NCBI GenBank assembly: GCA_002269645.1 | Contig: NIVC01002092.1 | Location: 1 to 64,000 of the forward strand | Length of the DNA stretch: 64,000 nt | Direction: 5' to 3' | DNA from: Macrostomum lignano | Lineage: Eukaryota | Shown: piece after piece, positions 37,521-50,200 of the stretch | How positions within the stretch are numbered: position 1 is the stretch's first letter | Layout: each line of letters starts with the position of its first letter | Position numbers and translations under genes: made by a program | Notes under the pieces: generated by a model | The model's input: the letters and a program-made list of their open reading frames with translations, nothing else | The model's database searches: none | Told to the model about the DNA's origin: nothing

Positions 37521-37624
37521 TGAAGTTGAGGCCAAGTCCTGACCTCGAAAGTGTCATCAATTTGTGATTCATGTCGACCTATTGAATATGAAAGGTACTA
37601 AAAACCAGTAAACTAGTATTTTAC

Positions 37625-37999
37625 CTTCCGCACGCGATTCTCGCAGACCTCGGCATGGTGTGCGCAGTCTAACGGCATCAGGCTGGGATGAGGCAGCCGC
37701 TGCTGGCCTGAGGAGCCGGTCCTGCGGCGCAGATGCCGGTCAGAGTCGGACGTTGCCAGGTGGCGCAGCCGGCTGACCAGGCCGCCAACCGGACTGCGAG
37801 TTGCCGGGCCGGTCGGCGAGACCGTCGCGGCCGTCGGAGTTCCGGGACTGTCGCCCGCGGCACGAGTTTTGGGCCGGCTGATTGTGTGAGCATTCTCAGA
37901 CTTGGCGCGGGGCCGGATGGTGTCGAGGAAGAACTGCTTGACGGTGGATCTCTGCTGCAGGTGCTGATGCTGATGCTCGCTCTGCTGTTCGCCTGGCGG
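37625..37999 (-). CDS. PRKAG: Probable AMPK gamma N-terminal extension exon 2 (125 codons), missed by the ORF track
   Basis: Acceptor ctcaattag|CCG at 38000, open frame PPGEQQSEHQHQHLQQRSTVKQFFLDTIRPRAKSENAH...ENRVRK, donor AAG|gtaaaa at 37624. Phase 0/0 fits both neighbours. FxDxxRPRxKS recalls a motif in long invertebrate SNF4A-gamma isoforms (recalled, unverified). Confidence 0.7.
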
Positions 38000-38057
38000 C
38001 TAATTGAGCAGATTTTCTAGAGTAAGTCAGCCTTCAAAACCAGATGGGCATAATAAA

Positions 38058-38308
38058 CATACATGCGCAACACCCGGCCGGCTGGCGAGGGGCCCAGCCA
38101 AGGTAAGTCTCAAAAATGACAATCCGAAAAAAACCGACGTAGTACTTATTAGATGACGAGGGGTTTAACCTTAATAATAAAGTTATAGTTACTTCTATTG
38201 TTTACCCAAAATTACGTTTTTTGCTTGGTTTTTTTCACAGGTAAGTTGCAGTTTTGGTCAAAAAGTAAGTCGCACGGCCGGTGTAAATCAGGGGGTTGCG
38301 CATGTATG
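38058..38308. mobile_element. 251-bp MITE (P- or hAT-type, CAT termini)
   Basis: Perfect 14-bp TIR CATACATGCGCAAC; perfect 8-bp TSD ATAATAAA (38050-38057 and 38309-38316). Confidence 0.9.
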
Positions 38309-39484
38309 ATAATAAAGCTTTCATTCTTTTTCTTTAACACCTTCAGCCAATGAAAATTTGAAGGCCAATTTCACTCCAAAGTTGTGCTCTATCTTTCGAA
38401 TTTCTTTGCTTAAGCTTTAAAAGATGCATAAGACATAAGACTCAGTAAATACTAAAAGAGACTGGCGTCCATTCACAATTTTCATAGGTAATGATTAGAT
38501 CATGCTGTACATGACTTTTCGGTCTGAGTATAAAATAAAAAATCATTACTGAAGGACAAATTAATGCTAGAAAAAATACACTCTTCTCGGAGAAAAGCGT
38601 CAGAAATGAGAAACTGAAGATCTTCCGCACGAATTTCGCCTCCAGATTTTGCTCTCAGCATGTGGTAGGTACAAAAATGACAGAAAGACACTTTAAGACA
38701 GCTTAAATATCTTGGCAGAGTTAAAGCCGGTGAAACAATCAAGTATCAGCGCTATAGCTTCCTTATAGGATAAACCTTCCATGCAATCGAGAACGCGGTT
38801 TTGTTAGCTAAACACGTTTATATACCGTTTTAACCAACAGAGGCAGACGCAGCTCTATGCACAAAAAAGCTCATCCATCATAAGCGCGTCTGGTTTCAAC
38901 CATTATCACAATTAATGTATCAATCAGCTAGCTTGCATTGCAGCTAGGAATTTTATCAAGGCAAGAAGCTGCTACTTTGATGAACCGCAAGCGGGATCTT
39001 CCTCTTCCATTTCTGCTTGTTCGTTATCTTATTTCCTTGTTCAGCCCCCGGGTTTCTTTGTCGCAGGAATCCCCGACTCGCTACCTAGCCCCGAGATATT
39101 TGCGAATTTCTCCCTTGCTAGCTTTTCTATTGAGCACTAAAAGCTATCAATCTACTTTCCATATCTCTACTCGGATGGTCGCTCCTGCTTTATCACTCAA
39201 GTTTTTTCGCTTCTCCACTGCCCACTAACTTAACTCGTACTCTTCGTGTTCTCAACTTACTCTCTTTAATACTGCATAACATTATCTAGTGCCTTCTTTC
39301 CAACCGCTGATTTCTACTTGCCCAATTGTAACCCTTATTCCCCTTTTTCACTGAAGAGACTTAGTTGATAACTCAGAACTTTAAGTAGCTGGATTTAAGT
39401 AATTGTTAAACTCGATTATTGTTTTGTATAAAAACTCATTTAAATATTTGCATCTATTGATTTAATATCTCGGTGTATAAATTC

Positions 39485-39740
39485 CAAATCCCCATCTACT
39501 CATTCAGTATCCCCATCTACTCATTCGGTATCCCCATCTACTCATTCAGTATCCCCATCTACTCATTCAGTATCCCCATCTACTCATTCGGTATCCCCAT
39601 CTACTCATTCAGTACCCCCATCTACTCATTCCGTATCCCCATCTACTCATTCAGTATCCCCATCTACTTATTCAGTATCCCAATCTACTCATTCCATATC
39701 CCCATCTACTCATTCAGTATCCCCATCTATTCACCTACTC
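39485..39740. repeat. 21-bp minisatellite (CCCCATCTACTCATTCAGTAT)
   Basis: Direct reading; explains the IPIYSFS ORF. Confidence 0.9.
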
Positions 39741-40914
39741 TACTCATTCCGTATCCCCATCACTCATTCCACATCATTTATTTGCAAAATTCTTTTGATT
39801 CTGCCATTGACAATCACGCAGTTCAAAGTCCCAGCCCCTTTCACTCACCTGCATCGGTCAAATAGCTTGTGCGTCTCGGATAGCGCGATTCAAAATACGA
39901 ATAATAACAAGACAGTTTTCGAGCCAGACCCGGATACTAACAGATGCCCTAGCAATGCTTTTATATTAGCCAATGAGGAGGACAGCAGAGAAGGGGATTT
40001 GTGGGTAGAGAGTAGAGCAACACCTGACTGCCAACTTGATAATTGAGGCTAGTCAGGGGGATTAGGCTCTGCGATAAGGTTAGAAAAAGGAAAAATAGAC
40101 TGAGAGGGCAGAGCAACCTGAATGCTAAAGCTGCCGGGTATAAAAGAGAGCGCAGGGGAAATGGGAAAAATACTGCCGGTTGGGGTGGGAGATACTCTCT
40201 TGAAAAAAACTTTCTTCCCTTCAAGGCTGAAGTTTTTCTGCTCCTACTGTCCCGAATTGCAGGAACTCTAATATAATGTTGATTATATATATTGAGCCTG
40301 TACATATTCTGCGAAGTATTTATATATGGAGTGAGCATATACACTGTGTAGGCTGTAGGGCCTCGGGGTGATGGAAGAAAGAGAATGGACGCAGGTTGGG
40401 GTTGATTGCGGGCCCGGAATTTTGGAAGGAGACGCCTGGTTGGTCGGCATGAGAGCGGAGGGGCTGAGAAGGATGGAGCTACGCATGCAGGCTTAGCAGT
40501 AGCGGTTTAGAATTGCGTAGATTAACCTGCATGCAAGATCCAAATAAAGAAGTTCACGACAGTAAAGATGGGATTGGGTAGATGAGGGTTTTACAAACTT
40601 AAAATATCTTTGGCGATCCGCGTCTTTCACCTCACTGCTCACTCACTCTATTCTCTTAATGCACTTAGAAGCCAACTACCCAAGAGAAATAGTAGTAGAA
40701 AAATAGAATGCCTATGAGTATATGCATATCAGGCTGAAGAGGCCTTAATGTGGATTAATGCGATTTTGGCGAAAGCTTCAAAAACATAAAAAAATCCAAA
40801 CTATAATTTGGTCTATAATTAAAGCGTTATTAAGAATTAATTTCAGAGAACAAGATCGATTAGAGATCTGTGAAATCTTTATTCTTGATTGGATTGAATT
40901 TGCGAGATCTCGCT

Positions 40915-41375
40915 TAGGGATCTGATCTGTGAGATCTGGGGATCTGATCTATGAGATCTGGGGATCTGATCAGTGAGATCTGGGGATCTGATTTATGAGA
41001 TCTGGGGATCTGATCTGTGAGATCTGGAGATCTGATCTATGAGATCTGGGGATCTGATCTGTGAGATCTGGAGATCTGATCTATGAGATCTGGGGATCTG
41101 ATCTGTGAGATCTGGAGATCTGATCAGTGAGATTTGGGGATCTGATCAGTGAGATCTGGGGATCTGATCTATGAGATCTGGGGATCTGATCAGTGAGATC
41201 TGGGGATCTGATTTATGAGATCTGCTGATCTGATCTGTGAGATCTGGAGATCTGATCTATGAGATCTGGGGATCTGATCTGTGAGATCTGGAGATCTGAT
41301 CAGTGAGATTTGGGGATCTGAGCTGTGAGATCTGGGATTCTGATCAGTGAGATCTGGGGATCTGATCTATGACAA
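40915..41375. repeat. 22-bp GATC-rich minisatellite (GATCTGATCTGTGAGATCTGGG)
   Basis: Direct reading. Confidence 0.9.
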
Positions 41376-42159
41376 TTTGTGAGAAAAATGCTTGGTTGAT
41401 ATCAAAGAGCCTCAGAAATCAATGAATCCCAGTGAGAAATCATGGGTTTGATTTATCAACTTTGAGAAAATCAATCAAAACAAAATTCAAAAAGACATCT
41501 TGGCCAACTGACTGTTAAAGCTTGTTGCTTCCAAAGCTCTCAGAACATAAAAGTACAGAAACACTAATCTCAGTGCTGGCAGATGGCAGAAAGAAATTCG
41601 CGCGTTTGAACTCGACTTACAGACAGAAGCCAACCCCCGAGCCGAGGCGTTACATGCAAAGCATTACACGATTAGGGTTGGAAAGTGTGCTGGCCCGGCG
41701 GCCGATGGGATTAAGTTATAGGAAAGCTCCTATTTGAGTTCTGGTCGAACAGGCATCAAATGACCAAATAACGCTACCCGAGTTCCACCCTCCGGCAAAG
41801 CAAAACGGATTACATAGAAAGTACATTTCTTTCGTGTTTGCGTATGCCGTAATGTAAACCAAGTCTCATAAGCTACTGATTCCCGATTTACTGCTATAGC
41901 CAGTACAGCCCATAACGGAGAACTATCGAGCCGTTATTGATTTTGTTTCCAAACCCGCAAGCTTTACCCGGTTCTTTTGACTCCTGAGTTGAAAGAGGGA
42001 AAATTTTGCAAAGATGAGTAGAAATGAAGCTCATACACGAAAATAAGACATAAGCAGAAATTTATAAAATCTGCCTCTAAAGTCTAAGATTTTTTAATGA
42101 ATCACTAGTTTCCCGGCCCTAGAATTTAGTGGTCCCTGCACTTGCTCTTTCTTCGGGTT

Positions 42160-42680
42160 GTCTCTGCCATTACCCCCCCCCCTTCTCAGGACTGTCTGCC
42201 ATTACCCCCCCTTCTCAGGACTGTCTGCCATTACCCCCCCACTTCTCAGGACTGTCTCTGCTATTACCCCCCCCCATTCTCAGGACTGTCTGCCATTATC
42301 CCCCTCTTCTCTGGACTGTCTGCCATTATCCTCCCCCCATTCTCAGGACTGTCTCTGCCATTACCCCCCCCATTCTCAGGACTGTCTCTGCCATTACCCC
42401 CCCCCATTCTCAGGACTGTCTGCCATTACCCCCCATTCTTAGGACTGTCTCTGCCATTACCCCCCCCCCATTCTCAGGGCTGTCTCTGCCATTACCCCCC
42501 CCATTCTTAGGACTGTCTGCCATTAACCCCCCCCCTTCTCAGGGCTGTCTCTGCCATTACCCCCCCCCATTCTTAGGACTGTCTGCCATTAACCCCCCCC
42601 CATTCTCAGGAATGTCTGCCATTACCCCCATTCTCAGGACTGTCTGCCATTAACCCCCCATTCTCAGGACTGTCTCTGCC
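42160..42680. repeat. About 28-35-bp minisatellite (TTCTCAGGACTGTCT[CT]GCCATTA + variable C-run)
   Basis: Direct reading. Confidence 0.9.
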
Positions 42681-44637
42681 ATAATCATTTGATTTTTTGG
42701 GTTGTCTGCAATTAATCTAACGACATGTAATCCAGAGAGTCTGCAAACTCTGTCCTGCCTTGAATTAGGTTAGCAAGACGTCAAGACGTCAAGACGTTAA
42801 AGCTCCAAAACATCGGGTTCAAGTAATTAAATATACGTAGAAAAGTTATGCGTAAACAGGTTCCCCTGAGCCTACTTATTAGTGCTGCTGTAAGTAGCAT
42901 GTGGCAAATGTTTTGCCAAACTACCAAAACAGCAATAAGTGCATTCGTTCAGTCATTATTGTTGTTGCATTGCGATTGTAATAAGAATTCAAATGATTTA
43001 TCATTTGTGCTCTGAATCTGAAAGGCTCTGAGGCATGCACTAGCTTTCCTTTCGACAGGGCAAATTAACTCAAACCCAGCTAGAAATTGATATTGCAGAT
43101 TGATTATGTGACGGTTGAGGCCTTTTAAAAGCTTAATAATGACATGAGAATGATAACGAGGCCATCCCTCTCCATCAGTTTATATTGCTCTGCTTCGTTT
43201 CAATTCTCAATTCTCATGGATTAAACGGAAGGCCTCTTTGACGAAGCTTCGAGATCCAGGCCAGTTTTCAATTCTAGTAAAAAGCCCTGAAAGCAGATGA
43301 TGCTAAAAAACAAAATACATAGCTAGTTCGAGGAAAGCAAAATTTGAAAGCATTAACTTCATCATCTGATCCTTTAGCAACAAAATCTTATCCTAATATA
43401 TATAGGGATAATTTCTGATCAGGGATTTCAATAGAAACAGCACAAGCAATATCTATAGCTGATAAGTAGGTCTAATAAGACCTGTAGGCTGTAATCCGAA
43501 ACTCGAGCAAGAGAGTGCAGTGCACTTATGCAGACATGCACCAAGTGATCGCAGGCTCCAGCCAAAGCAAAGCGTCATGAAGCGCACTGAAAATGCTCGA
43601 TAGATAGCATTTTTTTAGATTGTTTCCATTTCAGTTTGCAACAGAGGCAGACAGGAGAGGCCGGAGGGGCTTTGTTTATTTTATTGTTGCCAGAATGCCA
43701 GTTTAGAATGCACTTGGCGGCATCTAGAGATCCAGGGGCCAAGTGGAATTCTTCTTGGTTTTAAAAAACATTTTTTGTTCTTAAAAATCAAGGAGATCTA
43801 GAAGCAGAATCTGGACTCTGGATTTAAATCCTGATTTTCGTATCAACAACAGAGGCAAGTTTTCAGCTTACCTAACGTAACATCACGTTTACGTCCTAAC
43901 GTCTTGAAACAATGTTGCAAAACTACACTCGAAGTAAGGAACATTAGTTTAAGTAAAAACTTGAAAAATATATTTTTCAAATGATTTCCGGAAATCCTGA
44001 AATTGGGGTCCCAATCCAATCCAACCCTGAGAATGAGGGTTTAGGGTCATTAGGGAAGAGTTAAAGTACTCCAGGTTCTAGTTCAAGGTCTTCGTAGTTT
44101 ACTACCTATTCATATAGATAGATATATCGTTAGTATCAATACAAACAAATGCATGGGCTAAGACTAAAGACTATTTAAACGAGACAAATTGCTGGCCCCA
44201 GACCCAGACAAGGTCCAAGTTTAAGTGCGCCTGCACCAATTGGTAATAAAAAAATTGGTCTGTGCGTGCGTGCGACCCCACCCACCCACTAATGTACAGT
44301 GACAAAGCTGGTACGAGATTCCCTTAAGTCTCAACTTCAACTTTGCTTGATATAGCAATAAGATGGTTATTTTACAGCTTCGAACCACTAGAGGCAGCAA
44401 GGCTGAGCTAAAATAACTGAACATTGTTTATGGCTCGTCGGCTCGTAAATAAATGTTAAGGGTAGCTGGAGAACAGGACAAAGGGTATTGGGAACTGGGA
44501 AGGAGGTCAAATCGAAGCTTAAAAAGTTGGCTTTAATTTCAAACCTGCAACTGCCTTGCATTGGTATGCATTCACCATGTGAGCTCAATAGTATAGCTCA
44601 GTAGATAAATGCAAGATTTGCATCAAGTGTGACTCAC

Positions 44638-45306
44638 CACCACCAGCGCTTGCTGCTCATCCTCGTCTTCGCCTTCCTCTTCAGCGATAGACTGGCTTCG
44701 CTGTCGTCTAGAAGCCGACCGAGCTTGCTGCAGCCGCTGTCTCTGGTGGCCCATAAAATTGCGCAAATCTTCGCGCAGTGTAGCCAGCCTGTTACCGGGG
44801 GCCACTGTTGTCGAGGAAGGTGATGAAGGCGGCGACGGCACTGGCACCTCCTCGCTTTTATTTCGCCGCCTGCGTCGGCGTATAAGCAGGCCGGATGTGG
44901 CTGCCTGCAGAGGCTCCAGCAGTCGACGCGGCTGGGCAGGTGGCGGAGACGAGGCGGCCGCTGAGATGCCACTATCAGCGGAGGGATGTGAGCAGTGAGC
45001 GGAGCTGGGGCCAGTCTGAGTCTGCGACAGCGGCGTCAAAGGCAGATCAGAAAACACGCTGTCGTCACATTCGCCGCATTGATTGTTGCTGTTGCAGCTG
45101 TGAGGCGATTCCGGCTGATGCTGGCCGCCCCTGTCTAGCGATGATGAAGCTGTCTCTTGATCTTCGAACGGTGGCAATTGTAGCGGTGCCATTGGTGGCA
45201 ATTTGGCCAGTTCACTGTCAATCTCTTCTTGTCTTTCAAGTCCGAGGCCCACTCTGTACTGGGACTGGTAGTTATCGTCTTGATCTGCCGAATGATGACG
45301 CTGCAT
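44638..45306 (-). CDS. PRKAG: Probable AMPK gamma first coding exon (223 codons, Ser/Pro/Arg-rich, disordered)
   Basis: ATG at 45306, GC-rich open frame, strong donor GTG|gtgagt at 44637 in phase 0 matching the acceptor at 38000. Full 5-exon join is 2301 nt (766 aa). Assignment to AMPK gamma is inferred from position, strand and phase. Confidence 0.65.
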
Positions 45307-46729
45307 TTTTCTAATTTGTTTTAGCGCATACTTTAGTGATAGACAGAACCTTGGAATTTTGGAAAGTGGGAAATAGATAATAGACTGCTATAAATAGGAC
45401 TCGGGGAACTGCTGGTTGACGAAGGAAAGGGGGCCTGGGAAGGAATTCCGTGCACTAACGTCGTAAATAGCTCGTAGTTAAATTGAACGAAACAAATTGG
45501 GCCTTAAATGTACATATTGGTTCTTAGATGGACCTCTTCTCTTAGCATTTGTACATTAGCCAATTTGGGGTGGTTAGGGTTTGGGGGGACTGGGGCAGAC
45601 AGACGGGGGTTGAGTTTTAACTGTGGAGTTTAATTTTGAAAGAGAGAAGGTGGGTTTGGAATCAGCCAATGGCAGGCGGTCCTTTTCGCTTTAAGCCCAA
45701 CCCCCAATCCTGATAAGGAAAATGACAAACGAGCCGAAGACTTATTTCACGTACAGTTTAGTAAGCTTTAAAATCTTAAGTACGACTAGAATATAATTAT
45801 ATAATAAACAACATTGAATGCCATTTTAACTGAACCAATAGCTGATCTGATGTAATATTTTTCTTTTATCAAATACAGCAAAAGAAGACTCGATTAGAGA
45901 AGACTTTGATTAGTCCCTCTCTCACAGTCTCGCCTGACCTGGGGGACAAAGGTGGTTGATTCGTTCTTTTCAGGTTTCTACTGCCACTAGAATTGTCGCT
46001 CTTTTCTGGTGGGTTTGTGCTTCAACTGCAAGGTTCGCTGGGTTTTTTTCCTTCTTTGACCTCCAGCAGTCCATATTATCCATGTATGCAGTTTTGGCCA
46101 TGTACATTGCTATACCAGGAAAAGAACTAAAAAATCAGGACGTTAGTATTTCTTTACTCTTTTACAGTACACAGTGAACTTTTCGGTGGTCGTGTTTTCC
46201 ATCTTGCATGTATCAATTATCAACTAAGCCAACTGGCTCTGGTCGTTTGGCTTGGTTTGCGAAATGTCCCATTGCAACACAATGAATTATTGATAATATT
46301 ATGTGTTTGCTGCCGCAGCTGCGCATCACTTTCTTGCTAACAAGTTTAATCCTTAATAGCTTTTTCCTACAGTCCCTGAAAGCCTGATAAAAATCAACCT
46401 TCACGTGTCACTCACTAATAAAGAAGTAACGAAATAAAGTATAGAAATATTTGAAAAAGCAAGTTAACTTTTTCTTGTCAAATCAGATACATAAATTTTT
46501 GCTGTATTCAAAAGAATTAAAACCTATAACAGGGTGTTTGTGATTGTATAATCTCTAGTTTATTTAGTTCTCGGAATCAGGGTTTCCACAATGGAGGAAA
46601 AGCATAGTTAGTTTCGATTTGAAATGCGTAGCTACATGCATTTTAACACCCTGTAAAACCGCGTTATACGTTAGCACTCCTAATATGCTTGTAAACACCT
46701 ATACATCTGCATCCTAAAACATCAATTTA

Positions 46730-47095
46730 AAAACCCTAAAACACCAATTTAAGAACCCTAAAACACCAATTTAAGAACCCTAACACACCAATTTAAGAAC
46801 CCTAAAACACCAATTTAAGAACCCTAAAACACCAATTTAAGAACCCTAACACACCAATTTAAGAACCCTAACACACCAATTTAAGAACCCTAAAACACCA
46901 ATTTAAGAACCCTAACACACCAATTTAAGAACCCTAAAACACCAATTTAAGAACCCTAAAACACCAATTTAAGAACCCTAACACACCAATTTAAGAACCC
47001 TAAAACACCAATTTAAGAACCCTAAAACACCAATTTAAGAACCCTAAAACACCAATTTAAGAACCCTAACACAACAATTTAAGAACCCTAAAACA
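46730..47095. repeat. 22-bp minisatellite (TTAAGAACCCTAA[A/C]ACACCAAT) between the LRR gene and AMPK gamma
   Basis: Direct reading, about 16 units. Confidence 0.9.
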
Positions 47096-47279
47096 TTTTT
47101 GAAAACCCTAAAACACCTATTCGACACCTCGAACACCAGATGCTCTGAAGACCCATTTTGGCACCCCTGACATCATTGACCAACTCAGCAATCCAAGCAT
47201 AAAATGAATCCAAAGTACTCGTACATGTATATAGAAAAGACAATGGGCAATGGCCATGGATGCGAAACATTGCCTTCAG

Positions 47280-50200
47280 TCAGTGCCGGGTCTCCCAGCT
47301 CGCGCCAGCCGCTTCATCTGTTGGTTCTATGTCAAGCAGAGAACTGAAAAATGAATAATAATCAATACTTTAATGCATTAATTATCTGTTGAAGACTGTC
47401 GAACTGGAATAAAGTGGCACGCCAAAACTACGAAGCAGTTATTGGAGGAAGGCCCAATTTGGTCTGAGAATGTTTAGAATAATCGATGAGGAGCGTATTG
47501 AAGGAATGACTGTGAGTCCCATCTCAAATTAGGGCAGGGAATACGAGTGCACGAGAGTAATAATTGAATGTTACTGACCTGACCGTCAATATAAATTTGA
47601 GTCCCAAACTGACTTTTTACCTGATTGACGAGCTGTCCAAGCCAGTAGCGGCACTAGCAACGTCTTCTGTATCGTCGCCAGCTCGCGTCCGACCAATGAG
47701 GCAGCCAGCAGCGGCCTCCCGGGACAACAGACGCACCGGCAGTAGCAGCAGTCGCGCCCGATCGCCGCTGAGGCCACCAGCTGAACGCAGCAGTCGGAGC
47801 ATTCGAAAGCTCTGCGACCGGGCGATCACCTGCAGCACCTGGGTTGCGTCGGCTTGAAGCCGCTGTTGCAGCTGCAGGCTTGAACAGCCGCCAGTCGCCG
47901 CTGCTGCCGCTTTGCCGACGGGGACTCGCGAATTCGTCTGGCCAGCCGGGAGGGCACCCGGGCTCAGGCTGAGGGATTCGAACTTCAGACGTAGATCGGG
48001 CCGTACAGAAGGTAGAGCGGCTGCCACAGTTCGGTAGGTGATGCTCACATTCTGCGGAGCAGTTAGGCTTAAGACTCAGCCTATATGGCAATACTGCAGA
48101 TCGATCGATCGATTGATTGATTGAATTGAATTTTTAAGCACCTATAGACTCCCGAAGAAGCGAATCCATGAGCCTCATCTGAGGTTGATGCCAAATGTTA
48201 CTCGTAATCGCTTTTGATTTCGAAAAAGTTCTACGACGTACTACTGAGGGACAGTTCGTCCTATCCCTCCAGCTCTAATGTACTTTTGCACAGATTTTTT
48301 CGGCCAATTGTTCTTAGTCCCAAAATTGTGTCTGCGACAAAACCTTAATTGATTCAACGCATATTGCATAAAAATCGATATATAAATTTTACTAAATTTT
48401 CTTGTTAGCGATCTTTGCTACAATATTGTTTCAAAGATATATCAAAAATATAAAAAAATCATTCCAATTTCATACGTATGTGTTAGAAATGCAGTTAAAA
48501 CAAGTGCTATATACTCGTATATCAGGGGCGTAAGACTGTCGAGCAGGGGCCAATTGAAAAAAGTAAGCCCTTTTGGGACGTCCGGTATATCAGAGCTGAG
48601 GCTTGATATTAATATCTGATCATCTGAAAGCGTTGATTTCATTAGACATTCGTACCCGCGATGGGAACTAGCTCGCATTTTAATTTGTGCTCCGTACTTT
48701 GCAGGACATCAATCTTCAGGAAGTTGCTTAAATTTTAACGCTTACATGCTTACTTAACTACTAATAGACGGCAAGTAGGCATGTAAGATTTGTCGCTTGA
48801 AATTGTCGCAAATAACCACGAGTAAACTAACTGATAAATCTGATAGCATTGTTATAAAACGCAGAAGTTTAACGGGTAATGTCTGGTTAAAATCCAGACC
48901 TTCATGTCCAGCAGCTTCAGCGCTGAACTGTCGTTGTTCATTAGCATCGCTAAGATCTCCTCGGCCCCCTGAGACGTGAACGAGTTCTGGTCCAACTGAA
49001 AGAAGTAAGTGTTTTATGCCAGTGTTTAAGAAATGCTTAGCGACGAACGAATCGTCAAATCGGCTAAAACCCACGAATAGTTCCTGGAGGCAGCAATTGA
49101 CTGACAGCATATCGCCCAGCGCCTTGGCGCCCTCCAAGAAGATTCTATTCGACGACAGGTTCAGCGACTTCAACGAGCGATTGGCGCGAAGTCCGCTGGC
49201 CAACGCCGCGGTGCCGTCGTCAGCGAATCCGTTGCAACTGAGGTCGAGCCACTGGAGACTGGCGTTTGTCTGAATTGTCATGGAGATACGGTTGGAGACT
49301 TCTCTATAGATAGAAATAGTGTTACAGCCCTGGTTCTACAACCCTGGATTGTAAAATCGGCACCCATGGGCAGTGGAACCGGAACCTCTAGTCTCTAGTG
49401 ATGAACCAGAACCTCCGGTCCCTGGACTTTGGATCCTCTGGTTCCTGGACTTTGGATCCTCTGGTCCCTGGACATTGGATCCTCTGGTCCCTGGACATTG
49501 GATCCTCTGGTCCCTGGACTTTGGATCCTCTGGTCCCTGGACTTTGGATCCTCTGGTCCCTGGACATTGGATCCTCTGGTCCCTGGACTTTGGATCCTCT
49601 GGTCCCTGGACTTTGGATCCTCTGGTCCCTGGACTTTGTATCCTCTGGTCCCTGGACTTTGGATCCTCTGGTCCCTGGACTTTGTATCCTCTGGTCCCTG
49701 GACTTTGGATCCTCTGGTCCCTGGACTTTGTATCCTCTGGTCCCTGGACTTTGGATCCTCTGATCCCTAGACTGTGGAACCGGCACCAATGGGCTGTAGA
49801 TCCGGCCCATTATCCGGATACGAGACATATAAACAGAGGCTAATGTCAGATCGAACCCCGAGCGCAGCGCCAATCTCAACAGCTCCGTGAAGTCGAATCT
49901 CGCAAGCTGACAAGTTCAGTCTAACCAGCTGGCAGCTGATGGAGGCCGCGAGACTGTTGCTTCCAGCGAGAGCCGCTCCGATCAGCTGAGCGCCAGCGCT
50001 GCCCAGACGGTTGGCGCTATAGTCCAGGTCCTTGAGGGTGGACAGCTGCGGGACAGAGTGGGTTACTTTGAGGGGCTTTGTCACTGCCGAAAACGAAGGC
50101 GACTATCAACCCGTGAGCACGTTCCCTGAGCACGAATACGCGCACGGACAGATTCGTGCTCACAGGCGCAGACTCACATAGGGTGCACAGACTTTCTTAT

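Noticed and set aside
44590-44640. TAGCTCAGTAG A-box-like sequence suggesting tRNA or SINE
   Set aside because: No B box or cloverleaf follows.
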